Positions 17,950 to 26,987 of a stretch of DNA of 64,000 nt are shown piece after piece. The stretch covers positions 1,984,001-2,048,000 of the forward strand of contig JBKAGP010000001.1 of the NCBI GenBank assembly GCA_046290465.1. The letters are read 5' to 3'. The DNA is from Planctomycetota bacterium. Its GTDB lineage: Bacteria > Planctomycetota > UBA1135 > UBA2386. Position numbers and translations under genes: made by a program. Position 1 is the first letter of the stretch; each line of letters opens with the position of its first letter. The notes beneath the pieces are model-generated. The model was not told where the DNA came from and searched no databases. It saw nothing but the letters and a program-made list of their open reading frames with translations.

Positions 17950-20900
17950 CTACTGCTGCTGCCAGCGGTAGGAGAGCGCGAAGGTCTCGATCGTCGGCGA
18001 GACCGGCGGGTTGGCTTCGGCGTTGTTGGCCGCGATGAAGCGCCAGTTGACGAAGCGGATGTCGCGCGGGTTGAACGTCTCGTTCGGGCCCGCGAAGTCC
18101 AGCGTGTAGGCCGGATCCATCAGCGTGTTCGGGTCCTCGACGTAGGTCGTGACCGTGCGGTTGTAGAGGTAGGTCCACCAGTTCCGCGCCTGGGACGAAC
18201 CCGGGATCGGACGGTTGTCCCACTTGCGCATGTGTGCGTCGCCGGCCTTGAACGGGTCGAGCGGGAAGTTGTCGTTGGTCGGCCGCAGCTGGGCGCGGTC
18301 GTTCGCCGAGAACTCGTTGTTGGTGAACAGCGACGACGAGTTGGCGATCCAGGCGTTGTAGTAGAACGGGATCGTGTCGACGGCGCTGGCGCCGCGGAAC
18401 TGCGGCACGATCGACGTGCCCGACGGCAGCAGCGACAGCGGCGGGTCGAACTCGTAGGCGAACGACGGCAGCACGCCCTGCGGCGCGGCCGGCTGGCCGT
18501 TGACCAGGTAGAACGGACCGAGGCGCGGGTCCTCGAAACCTTCCGGCACCCGGTGCGGGTTGTAGAGGTCGATGAAGCCGTTGGTGATGACGGTCTGGCG
18601 CTTCGCGCAGTCCATCATGATCCAGTAGAACGTGTTGTCGCCACCACCGGCCGGCGTCACGCCGCCGGTCGGGGTGAAGCCACCCGAGGCGGTGTTCCAC
18701 TGGCTGTCGCCGGGGCCGCGGCAGATCGGCGGCGAACCGTTCGGCAGCGCGGCGCGGCCGGCGCTGACGACGCGGAAGTTCGGCTTCGGGTCGGACTGGA
18801 CCGTCACCGCGGTCTGCCAACCGTTGGTGCCGAGCGCGATGTAGCCACCACCCGCCGGGAGCTCCGACGAGTCGCAGTAGGTCCAGAAGTCGGCCAGCAG
18901 CGGCAGCGCGATGTTGCCCATCAGGCCGCCGGTGTAGTCGTCGACGTTGGCCGGCGTCGCCAGCGAGTGGCTGCGGGCGTCGTTCCAGTAGCTGTTGACG
19001 AAGCGCACGGCGCCGGGGGCACCGTCGTCGTCGATCCAGCGGCTGCCCTGACCCATGCTGAACGGCGACAGGATGTAGGGCGCGTAGTCGGCGCCGTTGA
19101 TGTCCGAGCCGTCGTTCGGCGAGTCGGCCGAACGGCCGCCCTGCTCGATGACCGTCTCGTCGCGGTAGACGAAGTAGGGCTCCTGGAAGGTCGGCAGCGG
19201 CAGGAAGCGGTTGACCTGGTTGACCTCGAGCACGACCTGCGACGGATCGATCACCATGTTGGTGTCGACGTAGGCCGCGTTGCGGGGCGCCTGGCTCTCG
19301 ATCGTGTTGCCGTTGCCGCTCGGGACGCCGTTCCAGGCGAAGTTGCGCTCGAACGACGTGCGCAGACCCGACTGGGTGAACGACGGCAGCGAGCTGAAGT
19401 CCCCGACACACGGGATCGGGCGGTACTCCGAGTGGCCGAGCCACATCGACACGCGGTCGAACTCGTCGAACGTCAGGTTGGTGCCCGTGTAGGGCGCCCA
19501 GTACATCTGCTCGATGTCGAGGTTGAAGTCGAACGGGTCGGTGCGCGACAGGCTCAGGTCGATCTCGCGCCAGACGGTCTGCAGGCGGCAGCCGTACGGG
19601 TTCAGCGGGTTCTGGATGCCGGCAGGCACCAGGTTGTTCGCCGAGTTCGAGCCGACCTGCGTCTCGTTGGTGAAGAACTGCGGGCACCAGCCGAGCGGGT
19701 TCTGCGGCGCCGGCGTGGCCGGCTGCTGCTGGATCGGCGACTGGTTGAGGTTGTCGGCGACCACGCGCACGCGGGTCGTCGGGCGCGCCTGCAGCTTGTT
19801 GTCGAGGTAGAGGAACGCGCCGAACATGTCCTCGAGCGGGTAGGCCTTGGCGATCTGCGCCTGGCCTTCCCCCTGCACCTCTTCGGGCAGGAAGTAGCTC
19901 GGCCGGGCGTCCTCGTCGCGCGACGCGAAGCGGCGCACGATGTTGATCGACAGGTTGTCGGCGAACACCGGCTCGGCGCCGTTCATGCGGGTGTCGACCG
20001 TGAACGGGATCACCACGCTGTTGCTGCGATCGGCGGTCGTGCCCTGCAGGTCGAGCGGGTTGCCCGCCAGGTCCTTGATGCCACCGTCGTCCGAGTCGGA
20101 GATCAGGTGCAGGAAGTAGCGGTAGTCGGCGCCCGACGGCGGGTTCCGCATCGTGTCGTCGAGGTAGAAGCCGGTCGACGGCTGCAGGCGCAGCGACGTC
20201 TGCGAACCGTCCTCGTCGAACACGCGCGACGTGATCAGGTAGGGCGTGCGGTACTTCGCCAGGTCGAACGTGGCCGGGTTCATGCCCGTGCCGGTGACGC
20301 CGCCGTTGTTCCACGGCCGGCTGGCGATGAACTCCTCGATGCTGTCCTCGGTCGAGAGGTCGCGCATCGCGAAGAAGAACGTGTCGGCCCACTTGACCGT
20401 CTCGAGGTCGATCGGCTTCGTGAAGCGCACGACCGCGCCGGCGAACGGCGACACGAACTCGTTCTGCTGCGGGCGGTAGCCGTTCAGCTCGAGCGGCGCC
20501 GGCGTGAACTGCAGGAAGTTGCGCGGATCGTCGCGGCCCTCGGCGGCGCCGGCGGTGAACTCGGCGACGACGACCGAACGCGGCGCGTTGAGCACCAGCC
20601 ACGGCTCCCGTTCGGAGAGCGACGACGGGTAGCCCGGCAGGTTGCGCGGGTCGATGGTCTCGAGGTTCTCGATGCGCCGGATGCGCACGCGCACGTGCTG
20701 CACGGCCGGGTTGTCGCGGTCGTCCTCCGGGTCGACGACGACCTCGGCGCTGCCGAACGGCACGCCCGACGAGTCGTTGACGAAGCGGATCACGTCGCCG
20801 CGGTCGATCTCGTGGCTGAGGCCGTTCTTGTAGACCGTGACCTCCTGCGTGAACTGGTTGATGCTCTCGACGCGCTCGAGATACATCGGGATCTCACCGA

Positions 20901-21894
20901 TGACGCGCAGCGGCAGCGGATCGCGCACGAAGCCCCGCGCGATGTCGGCCGAGTCGTCGTTCTGGTTGCCCGAACGGAAGTCGCGCACGATCGAGTTGCG
21001 CTGGCTGTTGTTCAGGCCGGACAGGCCGCCGCTGGTCTGCAGGCGCAGGCCCGGAATCGCCAGCGGGCCCTCGAGGGCCAGCGCGACGCGGATGTTGGCG
21101 CCGAACTGGTCCGGCGAGGCCGGCAGGCCGGCCGCGTTGTTGGCGGTCTGGTACTGCAGGCCCTCGGTGCCAAGCAGCACCGGGTCGAGCACCAGCTGCG
21201 ACTCACCCACCACGATTCGGACCGGCATCGGCACGAAGCCGTTCGGCTGCGTCGGGTCGTCGACGATGCGCAGCAGCTGCACCGCCTCGGTGTTGCGCAG
21301 TTCGTTGACCTGGCCGTTGGCGTCGCGGCCGACGAAGAAGCTGTCGTCGATGCCGAGCTTGGCCGAGAAGCGCAGGCGGATGCCGGCGTTGCGCGGCACG
21401 ACCGAGAACGGCACGCCGTTGCTCTGCTGGCCGAACAGCATCGGCGAGACCGTGCGCAGCTGGTCGTCGAGCGCCTCGAAGGCGGTCGCGAACTCGGTGC
21501 CGGTCACGTCGCGCGGGATGAACAGTCGCGCCTGCAGCGTGTCCGGGTCGGTGCCGATGAAGTCGTAGGTGATCTCGCTGTCGGACAGGTTCGAGTTGGT
21601 CCCGCGCTGATCCTGGATGTTGCCGCCGATGACCACGTCCTTGCGATACAGCGTGATCGTCGAACCCTGCGGCGTGATCTGCAGGCCGTAGACGTCGACC
21701 AGGCGGCCGTATTCGACTGCGACCAGTTCGGGCTGCACGGTCGCGCCGGGGGTCGTGTTGGCGACACCGCCGCCGCCACTGCCGCTACATCCGCCGAGGG
21801 AGAGCGCGCCGAGCGCGAACGCGCCGGCCAGCAGGAGCTGGGAGCCGAGGGAGCGACCGGGGGCGCCGGTCGGCGTGCAATTGTCTGCCATCAT
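17950..21894 (-). CDS. Large lipoprotein A (about 1314 aa), Ig-like domain
   Basis: Lipobox LGGC then SGSGGGG; VRFTKPID...LRLQP...GIKDLAGN; start uncertain (21894, 21891 or 21924). Confidence 0.85.
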   Translation of the reverse strand: MMADNCTPTGAPGRSLGSQLLLAGAFALGALSLGGCSGSGGGGVANTTPGATVQPELVAVEYGRLVDVYGLQITPQGSTITLYRKDVVIGGNIQDQRGTNSNLSDSEITYDFIGTDPDTLQARLFIPRDVTGTEFATAFEALDDQLRTVSPMLFGQQSNGVPFSVVPRNAGIRLRFSAKLGIDDSFFVGRDANGQVNELRNTEAVQLLRIVDDPTQPNGFVPMPVRIVVGESQLVLDPVLLGTEGLQYQTANNAAGLPASPDQFGANIRVALALEGPLAIPGLRLQTSGGLSGLNNSQRNSIVRDFRSGNQNDDSADIARGFVRDPLPLRVIGEIPMYLERVESINQFTQEVTVYKNGLSHEIDRGDVIRFVNDSSGVPFGSAEVVVDPEDDRDNPAVQHVRVRIRRIENLETIDPRNLPGYPSSLSEREPWLVLNAPRSVVVAEFTAGAAEGRDDPRNFLQFTPAPLELNGYRPQQNEFVSPFAGAVVRFTKPIDLETVKWADTFFFAMRDLSTEDSIEEFIASRPWNNGGVTGTGMNPATFDLAKYRTPYLITSRVFDEDGSQTSLRLQPSTGFYLDDTMRNPPSGADYRYFLHLISDSDDGGIKDLAGNPLDLQGTTADRSNSVVIPFTVDTRMNGAEPVFADNLSINIVRRFASRDEDARPSYFLPEEVQGEGQAQIAKAYPLEDMFGAFLYLDNKLQARPTTRVRVVADNLNQSPIQQQPATPAPQNPLGWCPQFFTNETQVGSNSANNLVPAGIQNPLNPYGCRLQTVWREIDLSLSRTDPFDFNLDIEQMYWAPYTGTNLTFDEFDRVSMWLGHSEYRPIPCVGDFSSLPSFTQSGLRTSFERNFAWNGVPSGNGNTIESQAPRNAAYVDTNMVIDPSQVVLEVNQVNRFLPLPTFQEPYFVYRDETVIEQGGRSADSPNDGSDINGADYAPYILSPFSMGQGSRWIDDDGAPGAVRFVNSYWNDARSHSLATPANVDDYTGGLMGNIALPLLADFWTYCDSSELPAGGGYIALGTNGWQTAVTVQSDPKPNFRVVSAGRAALPNGSPPICRGPGDSQWNTASGGFTPTGGVTPAGGGDNTFYWIMMDCAKRQTVITNGFIDLYNPHRVPEGFEDPRLGPFYLVNGQPAAPQGVLPSFAYEFDPPLSLLPSGTSIVPQFRGASAVDTIPFYYNAWIANSSSLFTNNEFSANDRAQLRPTNDNFPLDPFKAGDAHMRKWDNRPIPGSSQARNWWTYLYNRTVTTYVEDPNTLMDPAYTLDFAGPNETFNPRDIRFVNWRFIAANNAEANPPVSPTIETFALSYRWQQQ

Positions 21895-22264
21895 GGGAAG
21901 CAAAGATGGGGAATGAGGCGACATGGAATGGGGTTGGCCCACCGCTGGATCCGTGCGGCGGCCGTTGCTGGACGAGTCTCGTGCGGGCCCGTGCACGCGC
22001 CACGCTAAGTGACGCAGAGAGGGACCCTAAAGATGCTACATCGGGCGTCGCGGGGTGCCGGGGTAAGCTCCGCGCGCCGCCGATGTCTCGGGAGGGGCAC
22101 AACAAACATCATGCCGTCACCGGCGCCGGCTGCAAGCATCCCCAACCATCGCATTTTCAGGACCTTGCATGATCACCCCCCGACCGGGTGGCGGCCCCGG
22201 GCGAGCGCCCGGACGCACCTTCGGGTGCGATTCCGCTCGGCGGATTGCGCAACGGCCGCTGCGG

Positions 22265-23629
22265 TCAACCGTTCGGGAACGCGAAGCCGGCCGCCAGCGC
22301 CTGGTCCTCGGTCTCGAAGTAGACCCGATCGCCGGCCTCGATCGCGGCGACCGCGGCGTCGCCGTGCGGGTGCAGCGCGCGGCTCGACAGCGCGCCGACG
22401 AAGCGGGCCTCGACCTCGCGTTCGCAGTAGGCGCACGCGAGCACTACCGGCGAGGTGTCGGGGCGCACCCGGAAGTCGCGCTCGAGGTAGCGCACGCCCT
22501 CGTTGTTGGTGATGCAGCGCTCGTTGCGGCAGCGCGGGCCGACGCCGCCGGCGCCGGTGTCGCCGGGCGCGACCGACAGCATCTCCGGCGGCGCGGCGCG
22601 CAGCTGGATCTTGCCGAGCTGGTAGGCCATCAGCGCCATCCGCATCGGCACGCCGAGCTCCGCCTGGCGGAAGTAGACCGAGCGCGGGTCGTCGTCGAGT
22701 TCGTAGCTGATCTCGTCGACCCGCGGCAGCGGGTGCATGACGCGCGCGTCCTTGGTGGCGGCGGCGCCCATCGTCGAGCGCGTCAGCCGCGGGTAGTCCT
22801 TGGTGTCCTCGCCGTCGTGCCGCTCGCGCTGCGCGCGGGTCATGTAGATCGCGTCGATGCGCGACACCTCGACGTTGCCGAGGTTGGTGAACAGCGCCAG
22901 CTGGTGCGGCTTGCTCGCGGTCAGGTAGGCCGCGGCGTTGCTGCTGCCGGCGAGGCCGGGCAGGTCGCCGACCGACGCGGTCGCGGCCTGCACCCCGTAG
23001 TCACGACGCAGCCGCTGCAGCACGTAGTCCGGCAGTTCGAAGCCCGGGTAGGGCATCGTCACGATGTTGGCGCCGAACCGCGCCAGCGCGTAGCAGAACG
23101 AGTGGATCGTGCGCGAGTAGCGCAGGTCGCCGCAGAGCACCACCTCGAGGCCCTCGAGGCGGCCCTTCTCCTTCCACAGCGTGTAGAGGTCGCAGAGGGT
23201 CTGCGTCGGGTGCTCGTGCGCGCCGTCGCCGCCGTTGACGACCGGCACGGTGGCGTAGCGTGCGGCGACCCGGGCGGCGCCGTCCTCGGGGTGGCGCACG
23301 ACCAGGATGTCGGCGTAGCTGCCGCCGACGACCCGCACGGTGTCGGCGAGCGACTCGCCCTTGGCACGGCTGGTGCTCTCGCCGTCGGCCGCGGTGATCA
23401 CGCCGCCGCCGAGTCGCAGCATCGCCGACTCGAAGCTCAGGCGCGTGCGCGTCGACGGCTCGAAGAACAGCGTCGCCATGATCGCGCCGCGACACAGGTC
23501 CGACCAGGCGTGCAGGTTGGCCCGGAATTCGTCGGCGTGGTGGAAGAGTTCGAGGATCTCGGCGGTGCTCAGGTCCTCGATGGAAACCAGGTCACGCTTG
23601 ACGTGTTCGGCCATCGACCCCGACATCAT
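22265..23629 (-). CDS. pyrB: Aspartate carbamoyltransferase catalytic chain fused to a PyrI-like Zn domain and an Ada-metal-binding-like tail
   Basis: FFEPSTRTRLSF, KGESLADT, HPTQTL, GDLRYSRT, MHPLPR; C-terminal CRNERCITN...CAYCE. ATG at 23629 overlaps the upstream stop (ATGA); alternative start 23614. Confidence 0.93.
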   Translation of the reverse strand: MMSGSMAEHVKRDLVSIEDLSTAEILELFHHADEFRANLHAWSDLCRGAIMATLFFEPSTRTRLSFESAMLRLGGGVITAADGESTSRAKGESLADTVRVVGGSYADILVVRHPEDGAARVAARYATVPVVNGGDGAHEHPTQTLCDLYTLWKEKGRLEGLEVVLCGDLRYSRTIHSFCYALARFGANIVTMPYPGFELPDYVLQRLRRDYGVQAATASVGDLPGLAGSSNAAAYLTASKPHQLALFTNLGNVEVSRIDAIYMTRAQRERHDGEDTKDYPRLTRSTMGAAATKDARVMHPLPRVDEISYELDDDPRSVYFRQAELGVPMRMALMAYQLGKIQLRAAPPEMLSVAPGDTGAGGVGPRCRNERCITNNEGVRYLERDFRVRPDTSPVVLACAYCEREVEARFVGALSSRALHPHGDAAVAAIEAGDRVYFETEDQALAAGFAFPNG

Positions 23630-24660
23630 GCCGGCGGAGGCGCCGCGGGTCCATCGACATCGATCGCGTTCAGCCGCCGCAGCTGCGCCTCGTCGAGCGC
23701 GCAGAAGCCCCCCACCGGCGCTGCCGCCGGCAACCCGCGCACGGCGGCGAGCAGCCGGCCGAGCTCGTCGCGCACCTGCTGCGGCGACTGCCGTTCGGCC
23801 GAGAACGACGCGTCGCAACGCAGCTCGTCGGGCCACGGCGCCGGCGCCAGATCGTCCTTGCTGCGCACCAGCAGCGCGCAGCGCGCGAACAGTTCGCGGT
23901 CGTCCGGGTGCGGACCGACGCCGCCGTCGACCACGGCGACCAGCAGCGCGCCGTTCCGCTGCGCCCGGCCCAGCTCGATCGCGGCCGCGTCGAGCGCGGT
24001 CGGTGCGGCTCCTTCGCCGGCGGTGTCGATCAGTTCGTACGGGTAGCCGGCCAGGGTCGTGGTCTCGGCGATCGGGTCGCGGGTCAGCCCCGGCGTGTCG
24101 CCGGTCAGCGCGCGCTCGCGGAACAGCAGCAGGTTGAACAGCGTCGACTTGCCGGCGTTCTGGCGGCCGACCAGCGCGACCCGCTGCGGGACCGCCAGCG
24201 CCAGCGCCAGCGCGCTGCGGGCGCGCGCGGCGTCGACCGCGGCGCGGCGAGCGGCCGGTGGCATCGCAGCGAGCGCGGCCAGCTCGGCGTCGAAGTCGTA
24301 GCCGCGCTGCTCGACGGCGAGGTCGAACTGCTGGTCCGACAGCGCCTCGCGCAGCAGCCGTTCGGCGGGGGTGGCGGCCGGCGCCACCTCGAGGTCGAAG
24401 CGCGCGGCGATCTGGTCGAGCACCGCGGGCGAACCGTGCGTGTGCAGTTCGAGCGCGCCGTCGGCGCGCGCGACGACCAGCACGTCGTCGACGTCGCGGC
24501 CGTCGATGCGCAGCGCCGCCCGCTGCGGCGGCCGTCCGGGCGAAGGCGCGCACGGGCGGCCGTCGGCGAGCTGCAGGCAGGCGAGCACGTCGGCGCGTTC
24601 GCCCGGTTCGACGCGCAGCACCGCGACGCCGGCCAGCCCGGGTGGCGTCAGCAACTTCAT
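23626..24660 (-). CDS. Short MnmE/TrmE-like GTPase (344 aa)
   Basis: N-terminal LTPPGLAGVAVLRV and ELHTHGSP (TrmE_N-like); G1 GRQNAGKS, G2 PGLTRD, G3 DTAG, G4 SKDD; ATGA overlap with coaX stop. Confidence 0.8.
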   Translation of the reverse strand: MKLLTPPGLAGVAVLRVEPGERADVLACLQLADGRPCAPSPGRPPQRAALRIDGRDVDDVLVVARADGALELHTHGSPAVLDQIAARFDLEVAPAATPAERLLREALSDQQFDLAVEQRGYDFDAELAALAAMPPAARRAAVDAARARSALALALAVPQRVALVGRQNAGKSTLFNLLLFRERALTGDTPGLTRDPIAETTTLAGYPYELIDTAGEGAAPTALDAAAIELGRAQRNGALLVAVVDGGVGPHPDDRELFARCALLVRSKDDLAPAPWPDELRCDASFSAERQSPQQVRDELGRLLAAVRGLPAAAPVGGFCALDEAQLRRLNAIDVDGPAAPPPA

Positions 24661-25376
24661 CGCGGCACCGCCGCCAGCGCGCGCAGGCCGTCGTGCAGCA
24701 GGTCGGGACGGTGCTCGGCCCGCATCGGCGTGCGCGCGAGCAGCCGCTGCGCGTTGCCGCCGGTCACCACCAGCGCGGCGTCGGGCGCGCCGACGCGCGC
24801 TTCTGCGACCAGCCGTTCGACCAGACCGGCCCAGCCGAGCAGCACCCCGGCATCGACGCAGCCCTGCGTGCTCGGAGCTGGGAACGCCACGGTGGCATCG
24901 AGGTCGGCGGGCGGCAACGCCGGCGCGGTCGCCCGCATGCCGGCGACGAACGCGGACAGCCCGGGCGCAATCGCGCCGCCGCGGAACGCGCCCGACGCAT
25001 CGACGACGTTGACCGTCGTCGCGGTCCCGCAGTCGACCGTGATCGCCGCGCCGAACCGCTGATGGGCAGCGAACGCGCCGAGCCACCGGTCGGCGCCGAG
25101 AGTGTCGACGGTGTCGTAGGCGAGCGACAGCGGACACGGCAGGTCCGTGCCGGCGACCTCGACCGCGATCCCGAGCCGCTGCAGCGCCGCGCGCAGCGCG
25201 GCCAGCGCAGCCGGCACGACGCTGACCGCGATGGCACGCGGACGTCGGCCCGCGACGAACGCGTCGAGCGTCGCGAAGTCGGGCGCGGGGCTCGCGGTCT
25301 GCCAGACCGCGCCGTCGTCGTCGCGGCAGCGGATCGTGCTGTTGCCGCAGTCGATCGTCAGCAGCGCGCGCGCCAC
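24657..25376 (-). CDS. coaX: Type III pantothenate kinase
   Basis: GTG start at 25376; IDCGNS, LGADRW, VDCGTATT, GGAIAPG, VVTGGNA. Confidence 0.92.
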   Translation of the reverse strand: MARALLTIDCGNSTIRCRDDDGAVWQTASPAPDFATLDAFVAGRRPRAIAVSVVPAALAALRAALQRLGIAVEVAGTDLPCPLSLAYDTVDTLGADRWLGAFAAHQRFGAAITVDCGTATTVNVVDASGAFRGGAIAPGLSAFVAGMRATAPALPPADLDATVAFPAPSTQGCVDAGVLLGWAGLVERLVAEARVGAPDAALVVTGGNAQRLLARTPMRAEHRPDLLHDGLRALAAVPR

Positions 25377-25390
25377 CCGATCCGCCGCGG

Positions 25391-26701
25391 CTACTTCTTG
25401 TCGGGCGCCTGGTAGACGCGCTCGACGACTTGGCCGTTCGAAAGCCACTTGGTCGAGAAGGTGCGCACGCCGCGCTGGTAGTCCTTCTTGACCATGTTGG
25501 TGGCCTGCGCCTTCGACGAGATCTTGCGGTTGTTGACCTCGAGCAGCACGTCGCCGGTCTGGATGCCGTAGGACTGCGCGAGCTTCGGCTCGACGCTGCG
25601 CACCGACACCCCGCGCAGGTTGGACGTCTTGCTGACGTAGGTGTCGACGTAGACGTTGTTGAAGAAGTCGCCCGAGTCGCGGAACCGCTTCTCGTCCTTG
25701 CGGCCGATGTGGAACTGGTTGCCGAAGCGCGTGGTCTCCTCGACCTCGCGCCACGGGTTGCTCGCCGACGCCGCACTGTCGCTGCGCGCGGTGCGCTCGC
25801 CTTCGCGTCCCTGCAGCTTGCGCAGCGCCAGCAGCACCTCCTGCGGGATGTCGGCGGTCGTCTTCAGCAGCTCCTCTTCCTTGGGCTCCTCGCCGGCCTC
25901 GCCCTCGCCCTTTGGCTGCGCGCGCACGAAGAACGCCGACTGCGCGTCGGAGGCGACCCGGACCAGCTTGATGTGGCCATAGTTGTCCCAGAGCTGCGCG
26001 GCGCGGCGCGGGTTGCCGCCGTCATCGACCCAGATCTTCTGCAGGATCTCGCGACCGGTCAGCGTCGACGTCGTCGGCATCGTGGTCGGCTGCGCGCCGC
26101 GCGGGTTGCCGCGGTTGCCGCGGTTGCCGCGGTTGCCGCGGGTGTTGCGGTTGATGCTGCCGCGCGTGGTGCGCGCCGTCGAAGGCGCTGCCGCGAGATC
26201 CCGCGGGCCGCCCGTCGGCTGCGCGCCCGACGGCGGCGTGTTCTCCTTGATCCACCACTCGGGCGGCTCGACGTTGGCCGTCGGCTTGTAGCGGATGATC
26301 ACGTGGGTGTCGCCGCCCTTGCCGCCGTCCTTGCCGTCGTAGACCAGCGAGACCAGCTCGAAGATGTCCTCGAGCGGCGTCATGTCGACCTTGGGCTTCT
26401 CCGCCTCCTGCTTGGCCGCGATCTCGGCCGCGGTCGGCTGCTTGGGCGGCAGCTTGCCGATCAGGTTGACCTGCTTGAGCTGCTCCCACCAGGCCGGCGC
26501 GTTGAAGTTGATGTCGCTGGACTGCTGGCCCGAGCCCTTGCCCTTGGCCAACAGCTCGATCGCCTTGTCGCGCCCGTCGCGGGATGCCTGCTCGCGCGTC
26601 TTGACGTCCCAGAGCGGCAGCGAGTTGTAGACCGTCCATCCCGCCCAACCGAACAGGCCGAGCGCCGTGACGTACAGAAGGAACGGAAGTGGCAGTCTCA
26701 T
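25391..26701 (-). CDS. Bitopic membrane protein with C-terminal PDZ-like domain (GspC-like architecture)
   Basis: N-terminal TM helix, central low-complexity NRG repeat, C-terminal GVSVRSV...YGIQTGDVLLEVNNRKI. Confidence 0.65.
   Translation of the reverse strand: MRLPLPFLLYVTALGLFGWAGWTVYNSLPLWDVKTREQASRDGRDKAIELLAKGKGSGQQSSDINFNAPAWWEQLKQVNLIGKLPPKQPTAAEIAAKQEAEKPKVDMTPLEDIFELVSLVYDGKDGGKGGDTHVIIRYKPTANVEPPEWWIKENTPPSGAQPTGGPRDLAAAPSTARTTRGSINRNTRGNRGNRGNRGNPRGAQPTTMPTTSTLTGREILQKIWVDDGGNPRRAAQLWDNYGHIKLVRVASDAQSAFFVRAQPKGEGEAGEEPKEEELLKTTADIPQEVLLALRKLQGREGERTARSDSAASASNPWREVEETTRFGNQFHIGRKDEKRFRDSGDFFNNVYVDTYVSKTSNLRGVSVRSVEPKLAQSYGIQTGDVLLEVNNRKISSKAQATNMVKKDYQRGVRTFSTKWLSNGQVVERVYQAPDKK
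26104..26139. repeat. 9-bp in-frame repeat (GGTTGCCGC)x4 encoding RGN repeats
   Basis: Seen directly; protein reads TRGNRGNRGNRGNPRG. Confidence 0.9.
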
Positions 26702-26923
26702 CGGCGGTTGCTGATCCTAGCGGAATCCGGGACGCCCGGGAACGTCGGCGGGGACGGAATGCGACCTGCTTCGGACGGAGTCGAGGGACCAGGTATTCCC
26801 GCGCGGGCCGGGTTTCGGTCACCGGGACAGCCGCAGGGTGCCTTCGACGAACGCGATACAAAACCCAGAACGCCTCGCGCGAGGCGAGGCGTCCGGAGAG
26901 TCTCAGAGGCGTGCTGCCTTACG

Positions 26924-26987
26924 AGGCACAGTGCCTATCAGGCACAGTGCTTATCAGGCACTGTGCTTATCAGGCACTGTGCTTACC
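26924..26987. repeat. 16-bp tandem repeat AGGCAC(A/T)GTGC(C/T)TA(T/C)C x4, each unit internally palindromic
   Basis: Units at 26924, 26940, 26956, 26972; the last overlaps the rpsG stop codon. Confidence 0.95.

Noticed and set aside
22265..25776. Apparent long fusions in the ORF track (762 aa, 716 aa, 365 aa; also 42532-44664, 47776-49545, 48870-51407)
   Set aside because: The N-terminal parts are Arg/Ala-rich off-frame read-through of upstream genes; real starts are internal and supported by ATGA overlaps, RBSs or domain boundaries.
26924..26987. Possible CRISPR array (also 7867-7934)
   Set aside because: Units are 14-16 bp, directly adjacent, with no spacers and no cas genes.
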